Under the pieces are notes generated by a model that saw only the letters and a list, made by a program, of their open reading frames with translations, did not search any database and had not been told where the DNA came from. 64,000 nucleotides of DNA from a virus (Duplodnaviria > Caudoviricetes), in the IMG/VR virus record IMGVR_UViG_640753059_000001; one strand, written 5' to 3'. Below, piece by piece: positions 44,250-53,909 of the stretch. Both the position numbers and the translations under genes were made by a program. Position 1 is the first letter of the stretch; the number at the start of each line of letters is the position of its first letter.

Positions 44250-47200
44250 ATGGCCGACGATATCGCCCGCCTCGGGCTTGCGATCGATTCCGGGCCGGCG
44301 GCCAAGGCCTCCCAGGAGCTGGACAAGCTCGCCAACTCGTCGAAACGGGCCCAGGCGGCGAACGATGACCTCGCCACTGCTGCGCAAGCGGCCGGCCGCG
44401 GTATCGACCAGATCACGCGGGAGACGAAGGGCGCGCGGGCCGCGCTTGAACAGGCCGCCACGGCGGCACGGTCCGTCGAAGCGGCCGCGGTGGCGCTCGG
44501 CCGCAACGCGATTGCCCCGACCGTGGCCTATGTCCGGGCGATCGACCAGGTCAACAATGCGCTGCGCGTCCAGCAGCAGATCAATCGAACCGTGGGTGTC
44601 AGGCCCCTGGCTGATACGGCCGGCCGGGCCTCGGACATCGCGGCCTTCGGTGATGCACTCGATGACCTGCGGGCGAAATTCAACCCGCTGTTCGCGGCGG
44701 AGCGCCAGCACCGCGAGACCATTGGGGAGATTGCGGAAGCCGCGCGCGTCGGCGCGATCTCGGAGAAGGAGCGGGCGGACGCGATCACCCGGACGACGGC
44801 GGTCTATGAGGCCCAGGTCGCCCAGATCCGCAAGCTTGAAGGCGCGTTGTACAATCAGGCGGCAGCGGCCAAGGCCGCGGCGCAGGCGGCCGTGTCGCGC
44901 CAGACCGTCATGCCCGACCGTGGGGCCGATGTTGCAGCCTATGGCTCTGAACTCGATCGGCTGCGCGCCAAGTACAATCCGCTCTATGCCGCCGGCCAGC
45001 AGTACCGCCAAACCCTGTTGGAGATCAGTGAAGCGGCGAAGGTGGGCGCGATCAGCGAGCGCGAACGCGTAGCAGCGTTGGACCGGACGAAGACGGCATT
45101 CGCGCAACACGTCGTGAGCCTGAATGGAGTGGCTAAAGGGGCTGGGCTTGCCGGCTACCAGATGATGAATCTGTCTCGGCAGATGAACGACGTCGCCACC
45201 ATGGCGCTCATGGGCGCCTCGCCGTTCCAAATCATCACGTCGCAGGCCGGACAGGTCTACCAGGTGCTGCAGGAGGGGCAGGGCGGCGTTACCGGGTCGC
45301 TGAAGTACCTCGGCGAGCGGCTCATGGGGCTGGTGACGCCGGCCCGTGCTGTCGTCGCCGGCCTGGCCGGTATCGGAATTGCGGCTGGCTTGGCCTATTC
45401 GAGCTATCTCGACGGTCAGTACCAGCTCCAGAGGTCGCTTCAGGGTCTCGGTGGCTCCACGAATGCGACAGTCTCGCAGCTTGAGGCGATCGCCGAAGCG
45501 GGAGCCGCGGCGAGCAAGATCTCAGTGAGTGCTTCCCGCGACCTCACCGCGGCTTTCGCTTCGACCGGCAAGATCGGGAAGGAGACCTATACTGGCCTGA
45601 TCGAGGTAACGACGCGCTATGCCGCACTCACCCAGAAGGACCTCGCTGAGGCTGGAGCGGACTTGGCATCTGCATTCGCCGATCCGGCAAAGGGCGCGCA
45701 GGACCTAGACCAGAAGCTCAACTTTTTGAACGTCGAGACCCTCCGGTACATTCGCAACCTGGCTGACACAAACCAGAAGGCACAGGCCCAGAAGATCCTA
45801 CTGGATGAACTCACCAAGGCGCTTCCGAGTGCGACGACCTATGTGACCGCGCTCGGCCGTGCGTGGCAGGGTGTCGCCGGTTTCGCCGATGGCGCTTATG
45901 TCGCCATGGGTAAGGCCATCAATTCCCTGTTCGAGGGACCGGACCTCGATGCGCAGATCAAGGCGCTTGAGAAGCTGGTCGCTGACCAGCGCATTGCCGC
46001 AGCGGGTCCTAGCGGGCGCGCCTCCGGAGTGGCAGCAGCCTCGCTGCAGGTGAACGAGCAGAAGCTGGCGGAACTCTACAAGAAGCAGGCCGACGAGAAG
46101 ACGCGCGCAGTAAAGAAGCAGGATGAGCTTGCTGCCAAGGCTGCGCAGATCATCGCCCAGGAGCGCGACCCGCGCATCGATGAATTGGCGAACCTGACGA
46201 AACAGGCATCGGCCCTGCAGGCGGCCATCGACAAGGGAACCGGCAACACCCAGCTCTATCGCGAAACCTTGGAGGGGGTGAACAACCAAATCCAGGCGCT
46301 CACTGGGAACGACGGGCAACTGCTTTCCGTCGCTGAAAAGCTGCGCCGAGAGCGCGAGATGGAGCTGGCGGTCATCCGGGCCGCGACGCCGACCCAGCGC
46401 GCAGAAGCTCAGGCAGCATTGGACGCCTATCGCGCGAAGGAGCGCGGCGCGACCAACGCGGCGGCTGCGGCCGAAGCCGAGGACGGCAAGATCAAGGCGC
46501 TGGCGCAGGTCTATGCCGGTATGTCCCAGGCTGCGCGTCAGCGCGTGCAGGCAGCGCAGGAGGCCATCGCCCAGCAGCAGCTTGAAACCCAGCTCATCGG
46601 AAAGACGGCCGAAGAGACGGCCCTGCTGCGGGCGAACTTCCAGACCTATTGGGAACTCCGGAAGGAGGCCGCACAGAACGGGACAGCGTTCAATGAGGCC
46701 GAATATGAGGCATTGAAGAAGAAGAACGAGGAGATCGCGCGCTCTGTTGGTCTAAGCGCCCAGCTGAAAGTGCTCAACGACGCGGCCTTCGAGCGCGACC
46801 AAATTGGTCGATCGACCGGCGACCAGCAGATCGCATCTACCCTGCGCTCGGCGGGGCTGGCCGTTGATTTGAACTCGCCGACCGCGCAGGTCCTGCGCCT
46901 CAACCAAGCCTTGAGCGAGACCAAGAGCCTTTCGGAAAGCGCCCTGACGGGGTTCCTCTCGGATATTCGCAGCGGTACCAGCCTATCCGATGCGTTCACG
47001 AACGCCGTGAACAAGTTTTACAACAAGCTGATGGAAATGGCCGCGAACCAAGCGATATCCAGCCTCTTCGCTGGGTTGACCGGCGGGTCGTCCGGCAGCG
47101 GTTTGCTCGGTGCGATCGCTTCCGTGCTTACCGGCTTCGGTGGCGCAGTCTCCGGCTCGGGAGGGATCGGGCATGCTGCGGCGGGTGGTTCGATTTATGG

Positions 47201-47633
47201 TCCTGGCACCGGCACATCGGACAGCATCCCGGTCATGCTCTCAAATGGGGAATTCGTTGTCCGAGCGGAGCAGGCACAGAAGTTCCGCCCCCTTCTGGAG
47301 GGGATCAATGACAATCGCATCCCGCATTTTGCCGGCGGGGGAATGGTTGGGGGTGCGCTCGGCATGCGGATGTCGATGGACCGGGTGAGGCGGCCTGACT
47401 TCGGTGCATTCTCTGGCGGTCCATCGGTAAGCGTCACCACCCCGCCGACGCAGGTCACGTTCCACGGCGCGCCCGCCGGAACGCGGGCCGAAGAACGGGA
47501 CGACGGAAACGGCGGGCGCCGTCTCGACGTGTTCTTCGACGAGCAGGTGGCATCCACCATGCGCAAGCGCGGCTCGCGGACCGAGCAGGCCATGGGCGGC
47601 TATGGCGTGCGGCCATCTCTGGTGCGGCGATGA
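44250..47633 (+). CDS. Tail tape measure protein (lambda H-like domains)
   Basis: Long Ala-rich helical protein; Q.ND..T....G.SP....Q.GQ, F.DP..G; C-terminal GPGTGTSDSIP..LSNGEFV. Confidence 0.93.
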   Translation: MADDIARLGLAIDSGPAAKASQELDKLANSSKRAQAANDDLATAAQAAGRGIDQITRETKGARAALEQAATAARSVEAAAVALGRNAIAPTVAYVRAIDQVNNALRVQQQINRTVGVRPLADTAGRASDIAAFGDALDDLRAKFNPLFAAERQHRETIGEIAEAARVGAISEKERADAITRTTAVYEAQVAQIRKLEGALYNQAAAAKAAAQAAVSRQTVMPDRGADVAAYGSELDRLRAKYNPLYAAGQQYRQTLLEISEAAKVGAISERERVAALDRTKTAFAQHVVSLNGVAKGAGLAGYQMMNLSRQMNDVATMALMGASPFQIITSQAGQVYQVLQEGQGGVTGSLKYLGERLMGLVTPARAVVAGLAGIGIAAGLAYSSYLDGQYQLQRSLQGLGGSTNATVSQLEAIAEAGAAASKISVSASRDLTAAFASTGKIGKETYTGLIEVTTRYAALTQKDLAEAGADLASAFADPAKGAQDLDQKLNFLNVETLRYIRNLADTNQKAQAQKILLDELTKALPSATTYVTALGRAWQGVAGFADGAYVAMGKAINSLFEGPDLDAQIKALEKLVADQRIAAAGPSGRASGVAAASLQVNEQKLAELYKKQADEKTRAVKKQDELAAKAAQIIAQERDPRIDELANLTKQASALQAAIDKGTGNTQLYRETLEGVNNQIQALTGNDGQLLSVAEKLRREREMELAVIRAATPTQRAEAQAALDAYRAKERGATNAAAAAEAEDGKIKALAQVYAGMSQAARQRVQAAQEAIAQQQLETQLIGKTAEETALLRANFQTYWELRKEAAQNGTAFNEAEYEALKKKNEEIARSVGLSAQLKVLNDAAFERDQIGRSTGDQQIASTLRSAGLAVDLNSPTAQVLRLNQALSETKSLSESALTGFLSDIRSGTSLSDAFTNAVNKFYNKLMEMAANQAISSLFAGLTGGSSGSGLLGAIASVLTGFGGAVSGSGGIGHAAAGGSIYGPGTGTSDSIPVMLSNGEFVVRAEQAQKFRPLLEGINDNRIPHFAGGGMVGGALGMRMSMDRVRRPDFGAFSGGPSVSVTTPPTQVTFHGAPAGTRAEERDDGNGGRRLDVFFDEQVASTMRKRGSRTEQAMGGYGVRPSLVRR

Positions 47634-48058
47634 CGGTCGCGTTCTGGCCCACTGATCTGCCCCAGCGCGTCCTGGTGGAGGGCTATTCCGAGGGCGTCGG
47701 GGATGGGCGTCTCCGCCAGGCTATGGATGCCGGACCACCGAAGATGCGCCGTCGTTCTTCGGCTGCGACGCGCCCTGTCCGCGCCCGCCTGTGGGTCGAC
47801 TTTGACGGGATGGCGCGGCTCAAGCGGTTCTGGGCTGAGGGCGTTGCCGGCGGGTCTCTGCCCTTCTTGTTCCCGGACCAGACCGTGGACGGGCTGGCTT
47901 TGCTGACGGACGATAGCTCCCAGCTGCTAACGGAGAGCGGAGCGCCTCTCATCATCACCTCCTGGTGGCTGGTGATGTTCGGGCAGGAGGGTCTCGCCTT
48001 TGATGCGCAAGGCCCTGCGTTGTTCGGTGCTTCCTTCGGCCTGGACATCCTGCCGTGA
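47630..48058 (+). CDS. Distal tail protein-like
   Basis: WP..LP, M..GPPK.RRR, GGSLPF.FPD; follows the tape measure gene. Confidence 0.7.
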   Translation: MTVAFWPTDLPQRVLVEGYSEGVGDGRLRQAMDAGPPKMRRRSSAATRPVRARLWVDFDGMARLKRFWAEGVAGGSLPFLFPDQTVDGLALLTDDSSQLLTESGAPLIITSWWLVMFGQEGLAFDAQGPALFGASFGLDILP

Positions 48059-48555
48059 GGTCGCTGTCGCTCACACTTCGGCAGGCGCTGACGGGGCAGG
48101 CGACGGACGTGGTGCCGGTGGTGCTCGCCACCATCACCCATCCGATGCTTGATGAGCCGGTGCGGTTGTCCACGGACCCGACGCAGCGGCTTTCTGTGGA
48201 CCCGCTGCAATACGGCACCGTGAGCCGGGGCGAGACCTATCTGTTTGCCCTCATACGGGCGGCATGGCCCGACGACAAGCAGGACGAGGCGCCGGCCTCG
48301 CAACTGGTGTTCGAGAACGTGGCCGCCGATCAGGTGGCGCTGGTACGCAAGATGCGCGGCCCGGCCACGGTGCTGTTGGAAATCGTCACGTCCGCCGCGC
48401 CCGACCATGTGGAGGCGCCCTTCGACGGGCTGCTCACGGTCGATGTGAGCTACGACGCCAACCAGATCACGCTCACGCTGTCCCGTGAGGCCTACATGAG
48501 CGAGCCGTGGCCCTGCGACCGCATGACCAAGGATCGCTTTCCGGGGTTGTTCTGA
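48055..48555 (+). CDS. DUF1833-like minor tail protein
   Basis: TITHP.L..P.R, EP.P.....FPGLF. Confidence 0.8.
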   Translation: MRSLSLTLRQALTGQATDVVPVVLATITHPMLDEPVRLSTDPTQRLSVDPLQYGTVSRGETYLFALIRAAWPDDKQDEAPASQLVFENVAADQVALVRKMRGPATVLLEIVTSAAPDHVEAPFDGLLTVDVSYDANQITLTLSREAYMSEPWPCDRMTKDRFPGLF

Positions 48556-48974
48556 TGCACTGGTCCGGGGGCTATCTCGGTCTGCCATTCGTGGCGCTCG
48601 GCCGGGATCGGGTCGGCCTCGACTGCTATGGGCTGGTGCGCCTGGTACTCGCCGAAGAGCGGGGTGTCGCGCTGCCCAGCCTCACCGAGGCCTATGCCTC
48701 GATGGAGGAGCGGGCGGAGATCGCGGCGGCCCTATCCGGCATCAGCGCGCAGAGCCCGTGGACGCCCGTCGCGCGCGGGAGCGAACAGCCATTCGACATT
48801 GCCATGTTCTCGGTCTTCGGCCGCCCGCTCCATCTCGGGATCGTGGTGCAGCCCGGCTTGATGCTCCACGTCTCGGACGGCCACGACAGCCGGATCGAGG
48901 ACTATCGCGGCGCCGTCTGGTCGCGCCGTCTGATCGCCATCTATCGCCATGAGGCCCTATGTCCATCATCGTGA
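48555..48974 (+). CDS. NlpC/P60 tail-associated peptidase
   Basis: YLGLPF..GRD..GLDCYGLV, HLGI..MLH. Confidence 0.9.
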   Translation: MHWSGGYLGLPFVALGRDRVGLDCYGLVRLVLAEERGVALPSLTEAYASMEERAEIAAALSGISAQSPWTPVARGSEQPFDIAMFSVFGRPLHLGIVVQPGLMLHVSDGHDSRIEDYRGAVWSRRLIAIYRHEALCPSS

Positions 48975-51283
48975 TGCAGCGCCTGGACCCGGCCGACCGT
49001 CTGTCGATGACGGCGCCGGCCGGGGCGAGCCTCGCCGAGATCGTGGGCCTGGCGCTGCCCACCGCGCCGGTGGAACATGTGCGGGTTCTGATCGGCGGCC
49101 ATGTGATCGAGCGGGCCAACTGGCACGTGGTGCGCCCCAAGCCCGGCGCCGAGGTGCTGGTGCGCCTGCTGCCCGGCAACTCGGGCGCGCTGCGGGCGGT
49201 GCTCACCATCGCGGTGGCCATCGCCGCCATCACGATCAGCGGCGGCCTGCTGGGGCCGCTCGCTCCCGGACTGCTCGCCGCCGGCACCCTTGGTGCCAGC
49301 CTTGCCGGTGCGGCGACGCTGGCAGTGGGCACGCTGCTGATCAACGCGCTGGTTCCGGTTCGGAAGGAACAGGCGGCCAGCGGCGACACCAGCCCGACCT
49401 ATTCGATTTCCGGGATGCAAAATTCGCTCAACCCGGACGGCACCGTGCCGCGCCTTCTCGGCGAAATGCGCTGGGCGCCGGTCTATGCCGCCAAGCCCTA
49501 CACGGAGGCGAGCGGGAACGACCGCTATATCATCGCCTTGTTCAACTGCGGCTACGGTCCCCTGGAGTTGCCGACCTCAGAGATGCGCATCGGCACCACG
49601 CCCATATCCCAATATGACGGTGTGACGGTCGAGGTGCGCGAGGGCTATGCCACCGACAGCCCGGTGACGATCTACCCCAACCAGGTGTCCGAGGACGCCA
49701 TCTCGATCCAGCTCCTCTACAATGAGGCGCATGTGCAGGTGACCGCGCCGGACGTGGACCGCGCCTCCATCGACATTGCCTTTGCCCAGGGCCTTTATGC
49801 GGTCAGCAAGGGCAGCACGACAGCCAAATATACCTGGGGTGTCAATTTCCAGCTGCGCTATCGCAAGGTCGGTGCCGTTGCGTGGACATCTACGGGCTTC
49901 AACATCAGCGACAATCATGTGCAGCCGCTGTTGCGCACATACTATTTCAGCTTTCCGGAGCGGGGGCAGTATGAAGTCGAGGTGAAGCGGGTGGACATCA
50001 ACTATGATGATTTCACCGCCGATCCCAACTTTGCTTACACCACCCGCTCGGATTGGGTCGCTCTGCGCGGATACCGGCCGGAATACCCGCTTAATTTTGG
50101 TAAGCCGCTCGCGCTCGTGGCCGTCAAGATCAAGGCGACGGACCAGCTGAACGGCACCCTCGACAGCTTTTCGGTGCTCGGGCGCAGCGTGCTCCCGGAC
50201 TGGGATCGCGCGAGCGGGGCGTGGATCGCGCGGGCGACCCGCAATCCCGCCAGCCATTTCCGCCACGTGCTCACCGGCAACGCGACGACCTATCCGGTCT
50301 CGACGGATGAGATGGAGGCAATCGAGGACTGGCACGAGTGGTGCGCGCTCAAGGGTCTCACCTATGACCGGGTCCACGACGCGGCAGGGTCCATGGCGGA
50401 GGTGCTGGCCGACATCGCCGCGGCGGGCCGGGCCTCGCCGCAGGACCGGGGCGGCCGGTGGGGCGTTGTGATCGACCGCATCATGGATGTGGTGCGCGGC
50501 CATATCTCGCCCCGCAACTCGTGGGGGTTCTCCGGCCGGCGCCCGCTGGCGCGCCTGCCCGATGCCTTCCGGATCAAGTTCCGGGATGAGACCAACGATT
50601 ACGAGGAAGCCCAGCGTGTGGTGCCGCTGCCCGGCTTTTACGGCGAACCGGGGGTGGTGGAGGATTTGGCGCTGCCGGGCATCACGGATCCGGACCTGAT
50701 CTATCGCGAGGCGCGCCGCCGCGGCTACGAACTGCTGCACCGCCCCGACACCTATGAGGTGCAGATGGATTGGGAGCACCTCGCCAACACCCGCGGCGAC
50801 CTGGTGCGGCTCTCCCATGACGTGCTGGACCGCACGCAGGTCTCGGCGCGGGTGCGCACCGTCAGCGGCTTCACCGTGACCCTCGACGAGGTCGTCACCA
50901 TGGAGGCGGGCAAGGCCTATGCCTGCCGCTTCCGGGCGGAGGATGGCACATCGATCCTGCGCAGCGTGCACACCGTTCCCGGTGAGACGCGAGCCATCTC
51001 GCTGACCGGCGCCGGCCCCATGCCCGCGCCGGGCGACCTCGCCATGTTCGGGCATGCGGCCGAGGAATCGCTGGAGTGCATCGTGAAGGGGGTGGAGATC
51101 GGCGACGACCTCACCGCCAAGCTGATCCTCATCGACCACGCGCCGCAGATCGAGGTCGAGACGGATGCAGAGACGCCGCCGGCCTGGAGCGGGCGCGTCG
51201 GCGCCGAGGCCGGCGTGAGCCTGATCACCCCGGCCGTGCCGGTGATCTTCGAGGTGCTCTCGGGCTCGATCATCGGCGGATAG
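48959..51283 (+). CDS. Tail tip / host-specificity protein (lambda I/J-like)
   Basis: Ubiquitin-like N-terminus, VP.LLG, GQYEVEV.R, TRNPA, GD.V..HD. Confidence 0.85.
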   Translation: MSIIVMQRLDPADRLSMTAPAGASLAEIVGLALPTAPVEHVRVLIGGHVIERANWHVVRPKPGAEVLVRLLPGNSGALRAVLTIAVAIAAITISGGLLGPLAPGLLAAGTLGASLAGAATLAVGTLLINALVPVRKEQAASGDTSPTYSISGMQNSLNPDGTVPRLLGEMRWAPVYAAKPYTEASGNDRYIIALFNCGYGPLELPTSEMRIGTTPISQYDGVTVEVREGYATDSPVTIYPNQVSEDAISIQLLYNEAHVQVTAPDVDRASIDIAFAQGLYAVSKGSTTAKYTWGVNFQLRYRKVGAVAWTSTGFNISDNHVQPLLRTYYFSFPERGQYEVEVKRVDINYDDFTADPNFAYTTRSDWVALRGYRPEYPLNFGKPLALVAVKIKATDQLNGTLDSFSVLGRSVLPDWDRASGAWIARATRNPASHFRHVLTGNATTYPVSTDEMEAIEDWHEWCALKGLTYDRVHDAAGSMAEVLADIAAAGRASPQDRGGRWGVVIDRIMDVVRGHISPRNSWGFSGRRPLARLPDAFRIKFRDETNDYEEAQRVVPLPGFYGEPGVVEDLALPGITDPDLIYREARRRGYELLHRPDTYEVQMDWEHLANTRGDLVRLSHDVLDRTQVSARVRTVSGFTVTLDEVVTMEAGKAYACRFRAEDGTSILRSVHTVPGETRAISLTGAGPMPAPGDLAMFGHAAEESLECIVKGVEIGDDLTAKLILIDHAPQIEVETDAETPPAWSGRVGAEAGVSLITPAVPVIFEVLSGSIIGG

Positions 51284-51322
51284 CAGCCTGCTAGCCCAAA
51301 AATCTCAAATAGTAGGTGCGAT

Positions 51323-51742
51323 ATGGCAACATTCGTAAAATTCAACAGCTTTGTCGAAGCTGTGATGAAGGAAAAGCATAACTTTGGAACGGATACGCTC
51401 AAGGTCATGCTGACCAACACGTCGCCGTCGCCATCGAATGCCGTCAAGGCGGATATCACCGAGATCGCGGCAGGCAATGGATACCCTGCCGGCGGATTAG
51501 CCATCACGACGACTTCGGCGGTTCAGACCAGTGGCGTTTTCAAGCTGGTGCTGGTGGATTCGACCTTCATGGCTTCCGGCGGGTCGTTTGCGGCGGCGCG
51601 CTGGGCAGTTGTTTACAACGACAGCGCACCCAGCAAGGAATTGATCTCCTATTTCGACTACGGATCGTCGTTCACTCTTCCGGATGGCGAGCCCTTGGTA
51701 GTCGATTACAACGAGTCCGCTGGCTTCTTCACTCTGGCCTGA
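51323..51742 (+). CDS. Tail fibre-associated protein
   Basis: KFNSF, DTLKVML, GNGY.AGG, LI.Y.DYG; AT-rich 5' region. Confidence 0.65.
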   Translation: MATFVKFNSFVEAVMKEKHNFGTDTLKVMLTNTSPSPSNAVKADITEIAAGNGYPAGGLAITTTSAVQTSGVFKLVLVDSTFMASGGSFAAARWAVVYNDSAPSKELISYFDYGSSFTLPDGEPLVVDYNESAGFFTLA

Positions 51743-51754
51743 CGGAGTCGTAGC

Positions 51755-53158
51755 GTGCCGACTTACACGCTCACTGTCGGTACCGGAGACGGGTACATGA
51801 TAGGGTACTACGGCCTCGTTCCAGCCGCCCCGGGCTTTTGGAGCGCGATGGGGAGCGTGTCGCCAAGTGGATCAGCCGTCGACACGTTTTTCTGGGCGCC
51901 GGACGGGTCGGGGGTCTCCATCGTTGCGACCACACCAGGTGGTGACCTCTCCGTCGTTTGGAACGGCCAGACATATAGCCTGACGGACAATCTCGACGGC
52001 ACGGCGGCGTACAACGATGTGGGGTTGGGCGGCCCCTATCCGACATCCGGAACGACGGCCTTCGATAGTGATGCGGCGAGCGGGGGCGGTGGCATCACGC
52101 TGGTTGCGAGCCGCGGTTCATTCGAGCTTACCGGATCGCCGGTCACGTTCGTCCGCAACCGCACCATCTTCGCCGAGACCGGTGTTTTCACCCTTACGGG
52201 CAATGATATCGGCTTCGGCGGAGGCTACCGGGCAACGATCACGGTCGGCAATTTTTCCGGCATCACCTACGGCTACCAGAGCGGTACCTTTGGCTCCATC
52301 GCGTGGTCGGGATCACCGCCGCCGAACCCGCCGACGGCAATAAGCTGGACCTCTTCCGGCTTTTCCGTGCAGATGGCGGCGCCGGTCCCGGGTGATGTTG
52401 CCCTCAACGGACAGACGTACACCCTTGCCGGGAGCGACGGGTCTTACTCGTACAGCGCGGCCGGCAAGGGCGGCCCGTACCCGACTTCCGGGACCATCGA
52501 CATCCTGTTCACACCCGGCGGCAGCGGGTACGTCCTGTCTGCCGGCGCGGGATCATTTGCCCTCACGGGCGGCGATGCCGGGTTCGTTTTCCCGGGGCCC
52601 GAGCCTGTCACCCCAGCCATCGCGGTGACGATGCGGCCCGGCGGCGGCCCGGTGGCGCCGGTCTCCTACGAGGTCGGCCATCGCCTTGCCGGCGCGGCCG
52701 ATTGGAGTGTGAGGAGCCTTGCGGCCGTCACCGGCACGCTGTTTCTGCCTGGCTACACGGCGGGGCAATCGGTGGAGCTGCGGGCGCGGGCGGCCTCGGT
52801 GTCCGGCGCCTGGAGCGACTGGAGCGCGGTCACCACCCATGTGGTCGGCACCTCTGATCCGATGATCCGCGATGTGGCGACCTTCGCGGCCACCTGGACC
52901 GGCACCGCATGGCACTACGCCTGGGCGCTGGAGGTGGGGCCTGTCTCGGTGGAGCCGGCCGGCATCAAGATCCGTCACGGCCTCGGCGCCGGGCTGGGGT
53001 GGGACGATATGGACGATCTCCATACCGGCCTGCTGACTGTCTCCCCGTGGGACCTGAGCGCGCCGCCGGCGACGCCCGGCGCCCACACCTTCGGCGCCTG
53101 CGCCGTGACCGCGGCGGGTACCTACGGGACGCCGGTGCTGGTGACCGTGAGCGTCTGA
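51755..53158 (+). CDS. Tail fibre/receptor-binding protein with a duplicated domain and FN3-like C-terminus
   Basis: NGQTY.L...GGPYPTSGT occurs twice; SYEV.HR...W...VELRARA..G.WSDWS. Confidence 0.65.
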   Translation: MPTYTLTVGTGDGYMIGYYGLVPAAPGFWSAMGSVSPSGSAVDTFFWAPDGSGVSIVATTPGGDLSVVWNGQTYSLTDNLDGTAAYNDVGLGGPYPTSGTTAFDSDAASGGGGITLVASRGSFELTGSPVTFVRNRTIFAETGVFTLTGNDIGFGGGYRATITVGNFSGITYGYQSGTFGSIAWSGSPPPNPPTAISWTSSGFSVQMAAPVPGDVALNGQTYTLAGSDGSYSYSAAGKGGPYPTSGTIDILFTPGGSGYVLSAGAGSFALTGGDAGFVFPGPEPVTPAIAVTMRPGGGPVAPVSYEVGHRLAGAADWSVRSLAAVTGTLFLPGYTAGQSVELRARAASVSGAWSDWSAVTTHVVGTSDPMIRDVATFAATWTGTAWHYAWALEVGPVSVEPAGIKIRHGLGAGLGWDDMDDLHTGLLTVSPWDLSAPPATPGAHTFGACAVTAAGTYGTPVLVTVSV

Positions 53159-53184
53159 CCAATCCAGATTGAGGAGGGCCGATC

Positions 53185-53859
53185 ATGGCCGATGGAGTGC
53201 GCACGCCGAACCTGCCGGCGGCGTCGAACGCTGCTGCGTTCCTGGTCAATGAGGACACGGGTGGCGGGGTGCTGGTGACCAGGGCCTTGCCAGCCAATGC
53301 CGTCAAGACGGCGGCCGGCCTCGGCAACGTGGACAATACCAGCGATACCAGCAAGCCCGTGAGCACGGCCCAGGCAGCAGCCATCGGGGCGGCTGTAGCC
53401 GCTGGCGTCGCCGGGAATGTGGTGCAGGTGGTCAATGCCAGCACCGGCGCTGTCGCTACCACCACGTCGCTCATCCCTTACGACGACACGGCCCCGCAGA
53501 TCAACGAGGGCGCCGAAGTCCTGACGGCGGCCATCACGCCGAAGTCTGCGACCAACATCCTGCGGATCGACGTGTCGCTGCAGTTGAGCCCCTCAGTCCA
53601 GTCGGGCGTCATCGTCGCCTTGTTCAAGGATGCCGCCGCCAATGCGCTGGCGGCCGGTGTCAGCCAGGCGCCCGCCGGCAGCAACACGCAATTGACCATC
53701 TCGTGCTTCGTGGCGGCGGGCTCGACCGCTGCCCAGACGTTCCGGGTCCGCATGGGAATGGTTTCGGCCGGCACGCTCACCCTCAACGGGTCGGGAGGGG
53801 CCCGGCGCTTCGGCGGCGTCTCCGCATCGACGATCTCCATTGTCGAGATCAAGGGGTAG
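53185..53859 (+). CDS. Tail fibre protein
   Basis: GLGNVDNTSD..KPVSTAQ fibre motif; ITPKSA.N.L; SIVEI. Confidence 0.75.
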   Translation: MADGVRTPNLPAASNAAAFLVNEDTGGGVLVTRALPANAVKTAAGLGNVDNTSDTSKPVSTAQAAAIGAAVAAGVAGNVVQVVNASTGAVATTTSLIPYDDTAPQINEGAEVLTAAITPKSATNILRIDVSLQLSPSVQSGVIVALFKDAAANALAAGVSQAPAGSNTQLTISCFVAAGSTAAQTFRVRMGMVSAGTLTLNGSGGARRFGGVSASTISIVEIKG

Positions 53860-53909
53860 CCGGGCCTTTCATCTGAACCATCCCTCAAACATCACGTCAG
53901 GTGGAAGCC

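Noticed and set aside
44600-45110. Duplicated LRAK(F/Y)NPL segment in the tape measure protein
   Set aside because: Internal repeats are ordinary for tape measure proteins.
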